Below, one piece after another: positions 25,640-37,030 of a stretch of 64,000 nucleotides of DNA. A model generated the notes under the pieces. That model saw nothing but the letters and a program-made list of their open reading frames with translations. It did not search any database and was not told where the DNA came from. Position numbers and translations under genes: made by a program. Within the stretch, counting starts at the first letter, position 1. Every line of letters begins with the position of its first letter. The stretch is from Raillietiella orientalis (lineage: Eukaryota), in NCBI GenBank assembly GCA_036172245.1, contig JAYWIR010000006.1, positions 2,976,001-3,040,000 of the forward strand, in the 5' to 3' direction.

Positions 25640-26690
25640 TGCCGCTTTGGCGGCCGCGTGGCTGCGGTCTCCGTGCGTGGCACCGAGAGTCGCGGGTTCG
25701 AATCCTGCATGGGGGAAGGATCGACTCCGAAAAGTCGCGCGAGTCGTGGCTTCCGAGTTTTCCCACAAGATAACGCTGGTTGGCCTACGGGCTTTGGGTG
25801 CAGCACTGATTGATACCCGGTCACGCCGGGGCGTTTATTTATCAAAAAAAAACGTCTGTGGCAGGACGTTTGATCCTTCCACGTTGCTTATAACTACGAA
25901 AAGAAACCTGTGGAAGCGGGGGGCGGCACGCAGGCCTGCAGGGTTCGTCTCGGCAACATGAGGGGAGGGGAGACAAACAAAAAGAGAAAAACAAGCCAAA
26001 AAAACTGCAGTCAAAAAAGATGAAACGAGGGGGGGTCTTGGGGAAGGGATCACTTTGTATTGGAGATCGCCCGCTGCATCCTTGTAAGGATACCGGCAAG
26101 TTTCTGTTTTATGGTTCCCAGATGGGGCCATCTTGACACTGTCCTCATGTAGAGGACAGCAAAATGGAAATGTATGGCACTGGTGGAAGCCGGATGTCAC
26201 CGTTGACAGGCTGGGATTCGAAGCTGACCCTCCGGAATCCTTCCAGGAATCAAGGATCCTTCGGGGTTCCCCTCCGGTCGTTGACATGGAGAAGGTTGAT
26301 TGATACCTCTCCAGAGTGTCAAGAAGCTCTCTGCTCCCTTCCGGGTTCTCTTCAGAGGAGTAAACAAGGAGCAGTTTCTTTCCGGGTTCCCTTAGAGAAG
26401 CTACCCCCACAAGTCGAGGGGTTCCTCTGGGGAGAACAAGGGAGAGGTTCCCTTTGGGATTCCTTCTCGAAGAGTAGGAGGAATGGACTCCTTCCTACGG
26501 AGCCTTCCTGGATTCATAGCGTGATGTCTTCCCGGAATACCCCTCATAACTTGGAGAGTAACGCGCACCCTCAGGTGGCGTGGGCGTCGTCAAAGAGCTT
26601 CGCGAGTCTCCCGTGAGGAGGCGAACGGTTCTTTAGCACTTTGCAAACCAAAAATAAAAAAAGAAAAAGGAAGGGGTTATGAAAACTTCC
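25640..26690 (+). mobile_element. tRNA-headed SINE copy interrupted by a LINE at 25811-26170
   Basis: Best-preserved head: tggcggccgcgtgg (A-box-like), ctccgtgcGTGgcaccgag stem-loop, B box GGTTCGAATCC at 25695-25705. Body resumes at 26171; A-rich run at 26645-26670. Confidence 0.8.
25811..26170 (-). mobile_element. Short 5'-truncated LINE (3' UTR and ORF2 end) inserted into a SINE
   Basis: Reverse complement of ~3090-3424. Flanked by ggtgcagcactgat (25797-25810) and tgtatggcactggt (26171-26184), degenerate copies of the target site. Confidence 0.8.
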
Positions 26691-28279
26691 AGGATCCGAG
26701 ACCCGCTGCTGGAATCCAGGAATAACAAAGCTTTGAGTTTTGCGACGCCAGACTTCCGAAACGACGAGCGGTGAGTCGCACAAGAACCTCAGCAGGGGAA
26801 TGCATCGGGTTCTCGAAGAAGATGGAACAGAATAGCAGCGAAAAATTCCAGAACTGAGGGGAGACTTTGAGGACCAGGCACTTCTTCTAGCATGGGACCG
26901 GATTCCAGCAAGCTTTGGGGGATAGGCAGAAAGAGGGCTTTAGAGAAAGACAGACCCTCAGAGGCGGAGGTAAGTTCTTAACCTGAATCTGGAAGCTAGA
27001 AAAGCGTGAGGATTCCGGGGAGGCAGCGACGGAGGACTCGCACAAGACAGCCGAAATGAGGTCGAGATGTCACTTCACCTTGGCTTCCTGAATCTTAGTC
27101 CCATCGTCCCATCAGTATAACAGAGGTGACCATTGAGTTGTTCAAGAAGTGAGCGATTAGCGAAGACAAAAGCCATGAAGACGCAGCACGGAGCAGAAAG
27201 TGTGCCTCCGGCGCTCGCACCTTCCGGGGAAGCTGTGCATGGCGATTCCTGATCGAGAAACATCATCTCGTTGAACAGCCCTGGGACTCCAGTCGGTTCC
27301 TCACCCACACTTTGCGGAATAGCACTCGACGCAGTTTATAATTTGGGGCTTCGGGAAGAGGAAGCGCCCGGCAAGGCTTCTCTACTTGACAAGAGTCATG
27401 GAGACATGGAGTCACACGGAGCTGGGAAACCGGATGAGCGGATGCTTCTCTTTTCCTCTTGCTTATCGTCTCCCTCTTTGCTGTAGTGTTTCCACAGCTT
27501 CTTGAAACTCAACCTGCCACGGTCTCTCGTCGAGGGCGTTCCGGTGCTTCGGGATTAACATGATCTGGTAATGACCATACGCTCGAGGGTTGCGAAACCC
27601 TCTAATTCTCAGAGACCCTGCCACTTCCGGTTCATGCCTTCCTTCCCCTCGTAGGTTCGAAATAGCTTCCGACTCGAATCCTAAACTCCAAGCTTGCTTA
27701 CTGTGCACTCTATGATTCCTTTTCAGTAGGCCGGAGGCCACTCTGATTGGAATCTTTGTGTAGGGTGCTGGACCATCACAGAGTGTCTCACTGCTGATCT
27801 AGCTCCGGACAGGGGGAAACAAAAGAACGCAGAGGGGAAAAAAAATGATTTGGGAAGGAAGACAAAGAAAGAATGTAATTCCGTGCAGCGAGCTCCTGCC
27901 AAGAAAGAGGTGAAGTTCTGGAGCAGTCAACGAAACAGAAGGTTCATCAGCACAGCTTGAGGTATTCACTCGAGGAGAGGTAGGTAGATGGATGACCGGT
28001 CTTTTCTGCTATTCTACCACGAGAAGAAGCCTAGATCCAGGAAGAGTGATTCCGTCTGTTCTGCTGACCACTGTCACCGGTTCGGTAATGAGAAAATCTT
28101 TTGGAGATCCTTCACCTCCCGTAGGGGAAACCTGGAATCCTTCCGGAAATGTAAATCGTAATCCTTGGGTCTTTTTCATGCTCTCAGTGCATGGAAACAG
28201 CTCTGGGATTCCAAACAGCACGTGCCCGGTGTAACAAACTCTCTTCTCCAAGGAAGCATTGGGGAAGATGTATTCTGAA

Positions 28280-28900
28280 TCAAGGGGGGATTGAAACTTC
28301 TAATAAAGAAAAAGGTCCCCCAGATACCAGGGACAAATGTCTCTTGGAGTCATCATCCGTCTTCTCAGGGGAAGTCGGCTGATATTTTGGTTGCAGAATT
28401 CCACAAGAAAAATTCGAGCTGTCAGCTTCACAGAACGCGCAGATATGTAAAGGGAGAGAGGATGGAGGAGAAGTTGACTCTGGGTGAATCCAAACCGAAT
28501 TTAAAATGCTGCAGCGAAAGAAACAAATCAAAGATGGGGAAAATCACCATGAGTTATCTTACGCGTGATGCGAGGAGACCTACGGCGCGCACTGTACAAC
28601 GGAGCAGCAGCAGGAAACCCTCAGGGTGCAGAAGCCACCTGACCGATCGGCAATCAAAGTGAGTCCGCCAGTTTACGTGAATTCCTTTGCTACTTCACCA
28701 CCTTCTAATCATCAGCTGACGCTGGATGTTAGAGGATCTGTGAATGAATTTTGATTTTGAAACCCAGTGGCATCGTTCGAAGGGGTTTCCAGCATCTTCA
28801 GAAGACACAGCTACCTGACAGGGATCCACCCATTCGTAAGGAAAATCTTCCTTTTCATTTTCTACTAGATGTCCGTAGAATGTTCTCTGAGGCGAGCGTA
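28280..28900 (-). pseudogene. Unidentified spliced gene remnant
   Basis: Minus-strand GT-AG segments with pyrimidine tracts at 28509-28562 (54 bp, gtaaga...ttctttcgctgcag) and 28738-28814 (77 bp); no coherent recognisable protein. Confidence 0.3.
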
Positions 28901-29289
28901 GCGTTCTGCTTGCACAACAGCATTACCAAGCCCTCTGAGTTTTCCGTCTTGCATCGTCCACAGCTCAAACCACCCGTCAGCGATCGTAGCTGTCCACTCA
29001 GAGGCTCCGGGCGCGAGCACGGAGCCCACTATGGCCAGGAAACTTGCGTTTGGGCGAACCGGACGTGTCGTCCCTCAAGGAGGAAGAACACCATCCAGAA
29101 CCGGCTGCCGGTTCCCGACTCGCGTTCTTGTGCGATACGTGTGGTAAATGCATGGAACCAAATTCTTCTCCCTCGTTCCCGGATGCCAAAGAGACCTGCT
29201 CTCTTAGTTTTTCTGGTTTTGGAATGTGAACTCCACACGCATTTCGCCACAGGGTGCTTCTCCAGTGTTGATTTTCACCTCGTTTCTGC

Positions 29290-30820
29290 TTCCATTTTTC
29301 TCAAACATTTTCTTTTCTTCTTTTTTAGAGATAGTCGGTGGCCACCGTCTGGGCAAGGTGCGGGTGCGCTCACTCGGAGGCCGTGCACCTGACGGTTGCC
29401 TTTGAGGTTCCCGAGGCGGCGCGCTTGGGAGGATCCCTTAGCAGACGAGGCAGGTGCACCGCCGTCTCTGCAACTCTCGGCTGATGGTGGGAGGGCGAGC
29501 TTGCTGAGACGAGACAGAGGGATGCGGCTTCGGCAGCGATGCGCCCGACGATGTCGTTCTCCAGGCTGCTCGTGGACCCCGCCCGAGGTACCAGTGAACC
29601 AATGCGCCTGCGCTGCACTCCGAAGGTGTAGGTCGCGCGACTCTCCGTCTTCCGGTTCGCTAAGTGCGGAAGAACCATTCGCCTGGGGTTCACGAAGCTC
29701 TTTGGCGCTGTCCATGCCGCCCGAGGGAGTGTGTCAACTCTTCAAGTTAGGGGACACCTCACGAATCCAGAAACCGGTTCAGGAGAAAGGAGTCTGTTCC
29801 TCTCTCACGCTCGGGAGGGGACCTTCCACTTTCTTGTATCCGAAGGGAACCCCGAAGACAATCTCTCCCTTGTTCTCTCTGGAGAGACCACCCGGTCTGT
29901 GGGAGCGCTCCTCATTTCTGCTCTGAAGGGAACCCGAAAAAGAGTCGTTCCTTGTTTCCTCATCTAAAGAGAAACCGAAAGGAATGCTTCCCAATTTTCT
30001 CCGAGGAGTCACTCCTGAAGGGAGCAGTGAGCTTCTTCACGCTCTGGAGGAACAACCCCCCGAGGAGGGAATCAAAAAGCTCCATGGTACGCGATGAGAA
30101 AGATGGGAGGGCAACTCCGTTTTCACAACCGGAAAGGATTCAGAAGGAAACCGACCATTTCGTTCCTGGAAGGATCCCAGAGGGGACGCTTTGCTGCGAC
30201 CCTTGGAACCCCCGGCGGCAACGCCAGAGACGTTTCAAAGCGTCTCCCTGCGCGACGCTTTACGCAGCCGCATCTCCAACAGCACTTTGCTGCCCACGAG
30301 CAACGATCCTGTGGATGCATGGAGCAACGCCAGAGGAGGTCAGATCGACAGGGACCCACTTGTTCTTCTGTCCTCTTCATGAGGATAGCGTCAAGATAGC
30401 CCCATCTGGGATTCTTGAAACAGGAACTCGCCGGCATCCTTACAAAGATGCAGAGGACGCCTTACAGCACCCGGTGATCGCTTCCCGAGTTTTGACCGTT
30501 TGTTTTATTTTTTCTTTTTGTTTGTCTCCCCTTCCTCTGTGCTGTCGAGGTTTTCCCGCTGGCCTGCGTGCCAGTGGGTCCCTTTTCGTATTCATAAGTA
30601 ACGTGGCAGGATCAAACCTCCTGCCACAGACATGTATGTTTATTTTATAAATAAATGTCCTGGCGCGACCGGGTGTCAACCAGTGCCGCACCCGAAGCTC
30701 GTAGGCCAGCCAGCGTTATCTTGAGGGGGAACTCGAAACCCACGACTCACCCACTTCTCGGAGTGGATCCTTCCCCGGCGGGATTCGAACCCGCGACGCA
30801 CGGTGCCACCCTCCGAGACC
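29290..30820 (-). mobile_element. tRNA-headed SINE (long-tail form) interrupted by a LINE at 30188-30678
   Basis: Head ggattcgaacccgcgacgcacggtgccac at 30781-30809; body 29690-30187; extension 29560-29690 homologous to 1760-1860; T-rich end at ~29300-29325. Confidence 0.75.
30188..30678 (+). mobile_element. 5'-truncated LINE inserted into a SINE
   Basis: Homologous to 2920-3424 (ctttgctgcgacccttggaacccccgg...). Ends gaccgggtgtca immediately before accagtgccgcacc (30679-30692). Confidence 0.85.
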
Positions 30821-31399
30821 AGTATTTTCTAGGGGTGCGCTGAGGTCTTCCAGGCACTCTTCTACCAAACCAAAGATCCCAATTGGGATCATCTATTTCT
30901 TGCTTTTTAGCTATCGGCTCAGCAAGGGAGAGCCGCTGCACAGTTTGCAGCTTTCCTGATGAACCCGACCTCAACCAGCTACGCATTTTCAGTGCAGTCT
31001 GTTTCAGCAGCCGTCATCTGTCCACCCCGCTAGAATCTTCGGGGCGAACACTCCTATTTGCTCTCTGTCGAAAGCCGAGTATGTCACCAGGCCGAAATTC
31101 ATTCTTAAAGACTCGCTGCTATTTTCTCACTGGACCGGGCACCGAGAATGAGGCGTGCTCTTTCGCAGGAGCGAAAATTTTGTTCTCCCTGACTTTTTTT
31201 TCAAGGGCTCTCCTCTTCCATTTCCACACTCTACTCCCACGCAAAATCCATCTTACTGACTTCATTTTTTTCATTTTTGGGAAAAGCAAAACAGCAACAG
31301 AGCATTTCTGAGTTCAAATGCTTCCAAATGCTAATGTTCTTTGGAGCGAAGTGTGATGATTTATTGAGTTTCGATCATTAATCATTGGAAACCACTACC

Positions 31400-31650
31400 G
31401 CCCTTTCCTCTTCATCAACCAATTGCCTGTGTCTTCCTTGATGCTTTCACCTGTGTACGAGGATGAACGTATTGGATCCTTTTTTCTACATGAACTTTAC
31501 TTACAGACCCAATTTTCTCGACTCTTCGGAAGACCTCGTTTCTCTGAAGTAAATTACCATGCAGCTCGCGCCTCAGGAAGCATTTGTTCGGACTCATGCG
31601 TCATGTCTTGTTGCGCATCTTCATTGGCAATCTCACGAAGGCTCAGCAGA
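31400..31650 (-). pseudogene. Unidentified gene remnant with a canonical short intron
   Basis: 54-bp minus-strand segment 31451-31504 (gtaagt...tcctcgtacacag); flanking frames contain stops. Confidence 0.25.
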
Positions 31651-32276
31651 GATGCTGCTGTCGTTTCGACACCGCTGCCGACCTCCATACCACGGCACGA
31701 AGCTTGTAACTGCCATCATCCTAGCGGAAAAAGAAACTTGCCACCATCCCGGTACTTGACTACCCTCAAACTGACTGTGAGATGCCAAAAGAACACTTGA
31801 GCGCCTTCTGCCCGCTCCAGTGGAGGAGGAGGTGGGGCTCTGACGTCTTCTTTGGCATCTGATTCGAAGTCATGAAGTGTATTCGATGCCTTTAGGACTG
31901 ACTAGTACGCCTAGTCAGTACGCCCGACTAGTACTGACTAGTCATCAGGGGACACTTGGATACAGATACACAGAAGGAACACAAAGAGATACGACCCCAC
32001 CCATCCTGTCACAACTTCACTTTGATGCGAAAAACCAGTCAGCTGCGAAAGCAGTGGTTTCCTAGAGAAACAGCAAGTCATGCCTGGCAAGCCTGTCTCT
32101 GCCCGGAAACAAGGGATGCGAAAAAGGGATGGGATAGGAAATTCAGTTTTGGGATTTGCTCCGCACCACAGTCTGTTCTTCTCCCCATGGAACTTGGAAA
32201 CGTCCTACGGTAGAAGAGGTCCTCAGACTACGATGAGAGCAGATTGTTTATCGATATGTATATCGACAGCTGAATG

Positions 32277-32562
32277 CAGGGCCGACGCGAGGGTGTCTGG
32301 AGCCCCCAGGCAAACCAAAATTTGGCGCCCCATTTGTAAAAAAAAAAAAACGAAAAACACTCCCACAATTTTGAATTGTTTTAATTGTTCTGTGTAAGTT
32401 GTTAGCCAATTTTCTGCAATTTTTTTTATTGTTTCACATTTTTAATTTATTGTACGTTTATCATCATGAATTACGACAATTAATTATTATCAATTTTTCA
32501 TCTTGTAATTCGGCGCCCCTAGGCCTTGCCTATGTTCACCTAATGGTAAAAACCGGCCCCTG
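32277..32562. mobile_element. Non-autonomous hAT-type DNA transposon (MITE), ~286 bp
   Basis: Termini CAGGGCCG...CGGCCCCTG; AT-rich core; subterminal ggcgcccc motifs; flanks gctgaatg and g-tgaatg resemble an 8-bp TSD with one base lost. Confidence 0.7.
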
Positions 32563-35009
32563 GTGAATGCCACTATCTAAAAGGTGCTAAATAACGTAGC
32601 CGAGGACACTTTTTGTGTCAACCTGACGTTTTTCTTGAATTTTTTTTGCATGCTTTCCGTTATCATTTTTTCATCGTTCTTTCTTTGTGTTGTCAATGAC
32701 ATTTTATTTTTATCCAGGTAGAATGTGGGAGGTGAGATATGTGGATGGAGTCTGCTGAACCCCGGGAACAAGATACCGAGCGCAACGTTCACTGGCGCTC
32801 CAGAAGTGGGAAGCATTCGGGACGATATCCGGGAAGCAGCGCTCTCCCACGGAAACATCAGCACAAAAAAGTCCACCCCAGAGAGTGGAATCATCGTCAG
32901 GAAGTTATCTGGAATGGGGACTTTCGAAGCTCCTGTGCGAACCTTACAAATGCCCTGTTTTGACCGTCAGGATCGCTTTTTTTTCCTGCTTCTTTAACGG
33001 GCACAATCGGAAAGTTAGACATCGGAAAGAACACTCCAAGGACTCATGGGAACACGTAAAGGACTGCTACTCCTCTTAATCTGGAAAAAAAAAAAAAAGC
33101 AGAGTTTAATAGGAAATGGGCAATTTAAAGAACAAAAAAAAAAAAAGAAAATAGGCAAGGAAAGTCCTTTGCAGCTGAAAGACAGCACATGAGCGAGGAG
33201 CCAAATGAGCTGGGAAAATAAACGAAAGTCGAAATTCGAGATTTCCGAAATCCGACATTTGATCTCGGAACTTGCAGATGTTTTCCTTTCCACAAGGATT
33301 CGGCCGAATTCTTCCGTAAGCTTGCGAAATGAATTCTGTCAAGGGCGAGCTCTTCATTGACCCCCAATCTTGGGAAGGAAACAGAATTCCTCGGTTCTTC
33401 CTCGGGCGAGGAAATTTCAGTGGTGCTCAGATTCTCCTCTTCAATCAGCAGCGCGAGCAGCGTCACAGCTCTGTGAAATCAGCATCTCGGGGTGAGCAGC
33501 TTTCACAGCACCAGAGTCAGCACTCCACGGAATGAAAATTCTCGGTCGTCTCTTACCCGTGTACCAAAAGCAAGAGATGGCTTTACGGATGTTGGGGCGA
33601 CCGGCAGCAACTCTGGTCCCCGTTAACAAAGAGAGTCCGTGGGACTGCCCCAAGTCTTTCCGGAGTGCTCTCGCGTTTTATGATCAAGACAAGCGCAGTT
33701 CTTGAACTGTCGACTATTCTGGGTCACACGTAGGCGCAGGGCACTGCCTGATGAGACCGGAACCATTTTAAGTCTATAAAGTCGTCTTCCTGGGCGGATT
33801 TTCTTTCCTCGGGGTTTCTTCACCCTGCTTGTTCAGCATGACTTCAATTCGTGCATTCATTTGCTTTGTTCTGCTGTTCGGAAGTGCAGAAGAGCTGCTG
33901 AGAAACCCTCTCTTCACTGTTCGCTTTCTAATTATTCCTTCCATCCTTTGCTGGCAACGTGCGTGCAGTCAGTAACCTCTGTCTTTTGGCTTCGACGCGA
34001 GCCACTCCGAACAGGAAGAACTTTCAAAATTACTGCGGTGCCACGTCGAGTAACGGCACCCAGCAGACTCACTCTTGTTTATGTGTGCGACCTTTCAGAT
34101 GCGACGAAACAAGCAAATGACTCTGCCTCGAGAGACGCTGCGAGTGAAAGCATGGAGATTACCGGCTCTCGAGAAGAGGAATTCCTTGGCGAACGCACAA
34201 GTTCCGAAAGCTGCTTCCCATGTATCTCTTCCAGAAGTGGTATCGTATCTAGGAAGCTCTCGCCAAAATGGTGGATTCCTCCTTGTCTTGGAGTTTAATC
34301 GAAGCTCCGCAGAGTGACGGCGAAACATGCAGGGAGGGAAGGGCAGGAGGGGAATCTTCCAAAGAATCACAAAGTTCCCAGAGTTGACTGTGCTCCCAAT
34401 TATCCCCGCAAGCAACCCCGACAACCTCGCAGAATAAATACCATGAGACCAATGCAAACAAATCCTTCGAAATTAGGAACCAAATCTATGGATTCAACGG
34501 GTGAAGAAGATTCATCCTTCGGAACCAAACCAAACGCAAAGAAAGAATGCAGCAGCGGCGAGTGAGTCAGCATTGCTTAGTATTTCAATAGAATAGTGGT
34601 CAGCATCGCTTGACGTTTCAACAGAATGGTGGTGAACTTCCTACAGAGCAGCTTGCCGAACGACGAAGGGCACTCTTGGAAATTGGAGATTGCGTATTTT
34701 TTTTTCCTTCGCTTTTTCGAAGACGAGGAACCCTCAACAGCAGATTTTTTTTGCATGCTTGCGCAGATCAGGAGCGAGCGAGCCGACCTCAGTTTAAACT
34801 GCGTCAAAGGGCTGTTGGTGAGAAACCGGAACATGCTCGAAAGACTGCCGAAGTTGCAGAAGCTGGAGCTGCACCACAGGGCTGCACGCCTCAAAGGAAA
34901 ACTTTCGGATTGTTTGGCAACTCGGAAGGCAGGCAGGCAGCCACCGGAGCGTTTCCTCGAAGTTTGCCGTCCTGTTCGGAAGGATAGACAGCGCAAAGAC
35001 CGACCGACC

Positions 35010-35820
35010 GGGCACTGCGGTCTCCGCGTGCGGTACCGAGCGTTGTGGGTTCGAATCCCACCCGGGAAGATTTAGAGCCGAGAAATAGATGCATCGTGGG
35101 TTTCGAGGTTCCCTCCCCCCTCTTCTCCGCACGATGATGTGGGTTCTTAGGAAACAGGCCCACGGATTTCACGTGCGGCACTGGCGGAAGCAGTCAGAAA
35201 CCGAATGCCCCGGTTAACTAACCGGGATTGGAAGTTGACCCTCCAGATTCCTTCCAGGAATAGAGGATCTGGTTTCAGAAATGGAGCAGTCCCCCTCTGT
35301 ATCCAAGGAGGACCCTCATCGCGTTCCATGGAGCTGGTTGATACCCCCTCCGGGGGTGGCTCCTCCAGAGTGTAAGAAGAACGTTCTTCAGGGAACGACC
35401 CTTCCGAGGAATTGGGAAACGCTGGCTTCGGGAATCTCTTCAGAGGAGCATCAACAAGGAGCAGTTCTCTTGCGAGTGCACTCCGGAGAAGAAAATCAAA
35501 AGCAGATCCTTTCTGGGTTCCCTTTGGAGAAGAAACGAGGAGAGATCCCCACCAATAGGGGGATCCCTCCGGAGAGAATAAGGAAGAGGTTCCCTTCAGG
35601 GTTCCCTCCTGAGCATAAGAGGAACGGATTCCTTCCTTGGAGCCCTTCCTGGATCCATAGGGTGATCACTCGTGGGTTGCCCCCTAATTTAAACAGTAAC
35701 ACGCGCCTTCGGGTGATGTCGGCAGCATCAAAGAGCTCTGCGGGCTGCCATAAGGATGCGAGCGGTTTTCCAGCACTCCTGGGGAGAACCAAAAAACCAA
35801 AAAAACTACTAGGGGATTAT
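35010..35820 (+). mobile_element. tRNA-headed SINE copy, near full length, empty LINE target site
   Basis: B box GGTTCGAATCC at 35048-35058; empty site gtgcggcactggcg near 35173; A-rich run at 35785-35806. Confidence 0.8.
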
Positions 35821-35829
35821 AACTGACTT

Positions 35830-37030
35830 CTGGGAACCACTGAACACCATAAGTATCTAAGGCCACCCTGGGCTCGCTAACCCACGATCCTTCGAGTTCC
35901 GGAAGGCAGGATCGAAACGTGCTGCGCTCTTGGAAAAGTCGGATCCTGGTGGCCTTAGCAAATACTCCCACCGATATCCTGGAGAGAAGTCCCTCCGGCC
36001 TCATGCACGTTTCTGCCATCCCAGTTTCCTGAATTTCCTCCTGAGCTTGCCAGAAGGCGCAGCTCTTTTGCTGATTTTTCTTCTTTTTTTTCCCTCCCGC
36101 CAGCTGTCGTTATTTAGGAAGCGCGGACCTATTCAAAGAGAGTGAGCGATTCGCACCATGGGGATTCCCAAAGAAGCCCAGGAAATTCCCTGTGTTTTAT
36201 GTCTCCCTTAAACGACGCAGCATACAAAAGACAAAGAAGTTTATGTATGTTCCTTGCTCCATCACCATCATGACTTTAGAAGTCATTGGATCCTACGTCG
36301 AGGAAGTTCTGGGCAAGCACAAATGGAGACACGGATCCGTTTTCTATTGCAAGCGCAAGTCGGCTCCTGGTCCAGAGGAAAGGATGCTCGTCTCTGGAGC
36401 AACAAGGATGAGATCATAGCGGACCTTTGTCAGGAGGAAACCAAAGCCTCGAAGCGATCAGACATCCTTCCAGAATCGAAACTGCCCGAGTCGAAAGTTC
36501 TGGGATCCGACCCACGGATACCCGCCGCCTGGAATCTCGACACGCCTACTTTCCAGTTTCAGCTGGAGCATCACCTAGCCAAGACAGATCAAACGGGAGA
36601 AGAGAAAGGGAAGCAACATTCGAGAGAGGAATTTATCAAAAATAGTGGTCATCTACTCGACCCCTCGAGGTTAGTAAAGGGGCATCCCTCCTTGTACAGT
36701 GCCAGACACAACGCAGTTGCTGAGAGATCAAAACAGGCTGTGGCCTCGTCTGCCGGATGAAGGGCAGTTTCTGCAAATCATCGTGTCCCAGAAGTGGATT
36801 CCACATTGCGGCCTGACTTGATGCTGCAAAAGAATGATAGCATGGTGGAGCTGGACGTCGCTCGCCCTTTTGAGAGCTGCTCAGAAGAAGTCAGAATGAG
36901 CCACTGGAAATTCAGCAGCAGCAGCAGCAAGCATCGATCGATCTCCACAAATGCAAATAACGAAGTTTCCACTTTTCTCCGAGAGGAACAGATGAAAAAT
37001 CATTACACGGATGCTTCCTCCATCTCGTGA
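35830..37030 (+). mobile_element. Decayed non-LTR retrotransposon with restriction-like endonuclease (R2/NeSL/R4 group), 3' part
   Basis: One frame 36254-37030 with a single stop at 36758: GHLL...YSARHNAVAER...VDSTLRPDLML...VELDVARPFE, matching the RHN and PD-(D/E) motifs of RLE elements. Upstream EHHKYLR (YKYLG-like, ~35845) and PGEKS...F.HP.FLNFLL (PWQK...F..P-like, ~35980). Confidence 0.75.

Noticed and set aside
25641..25712. Functional tRNA-His gene, here or at other GGTTCGAATCC sites
   Set aside because: No proper acceptor stem or D arm, and every instance is followed by the same repeat body, so these are SINE heads.
34626..35010. LRR or F-box protein (LERLPKLQKLEL)
   Set aside because: One LRR-like phrase only, and the ORF runs into a SINE head.
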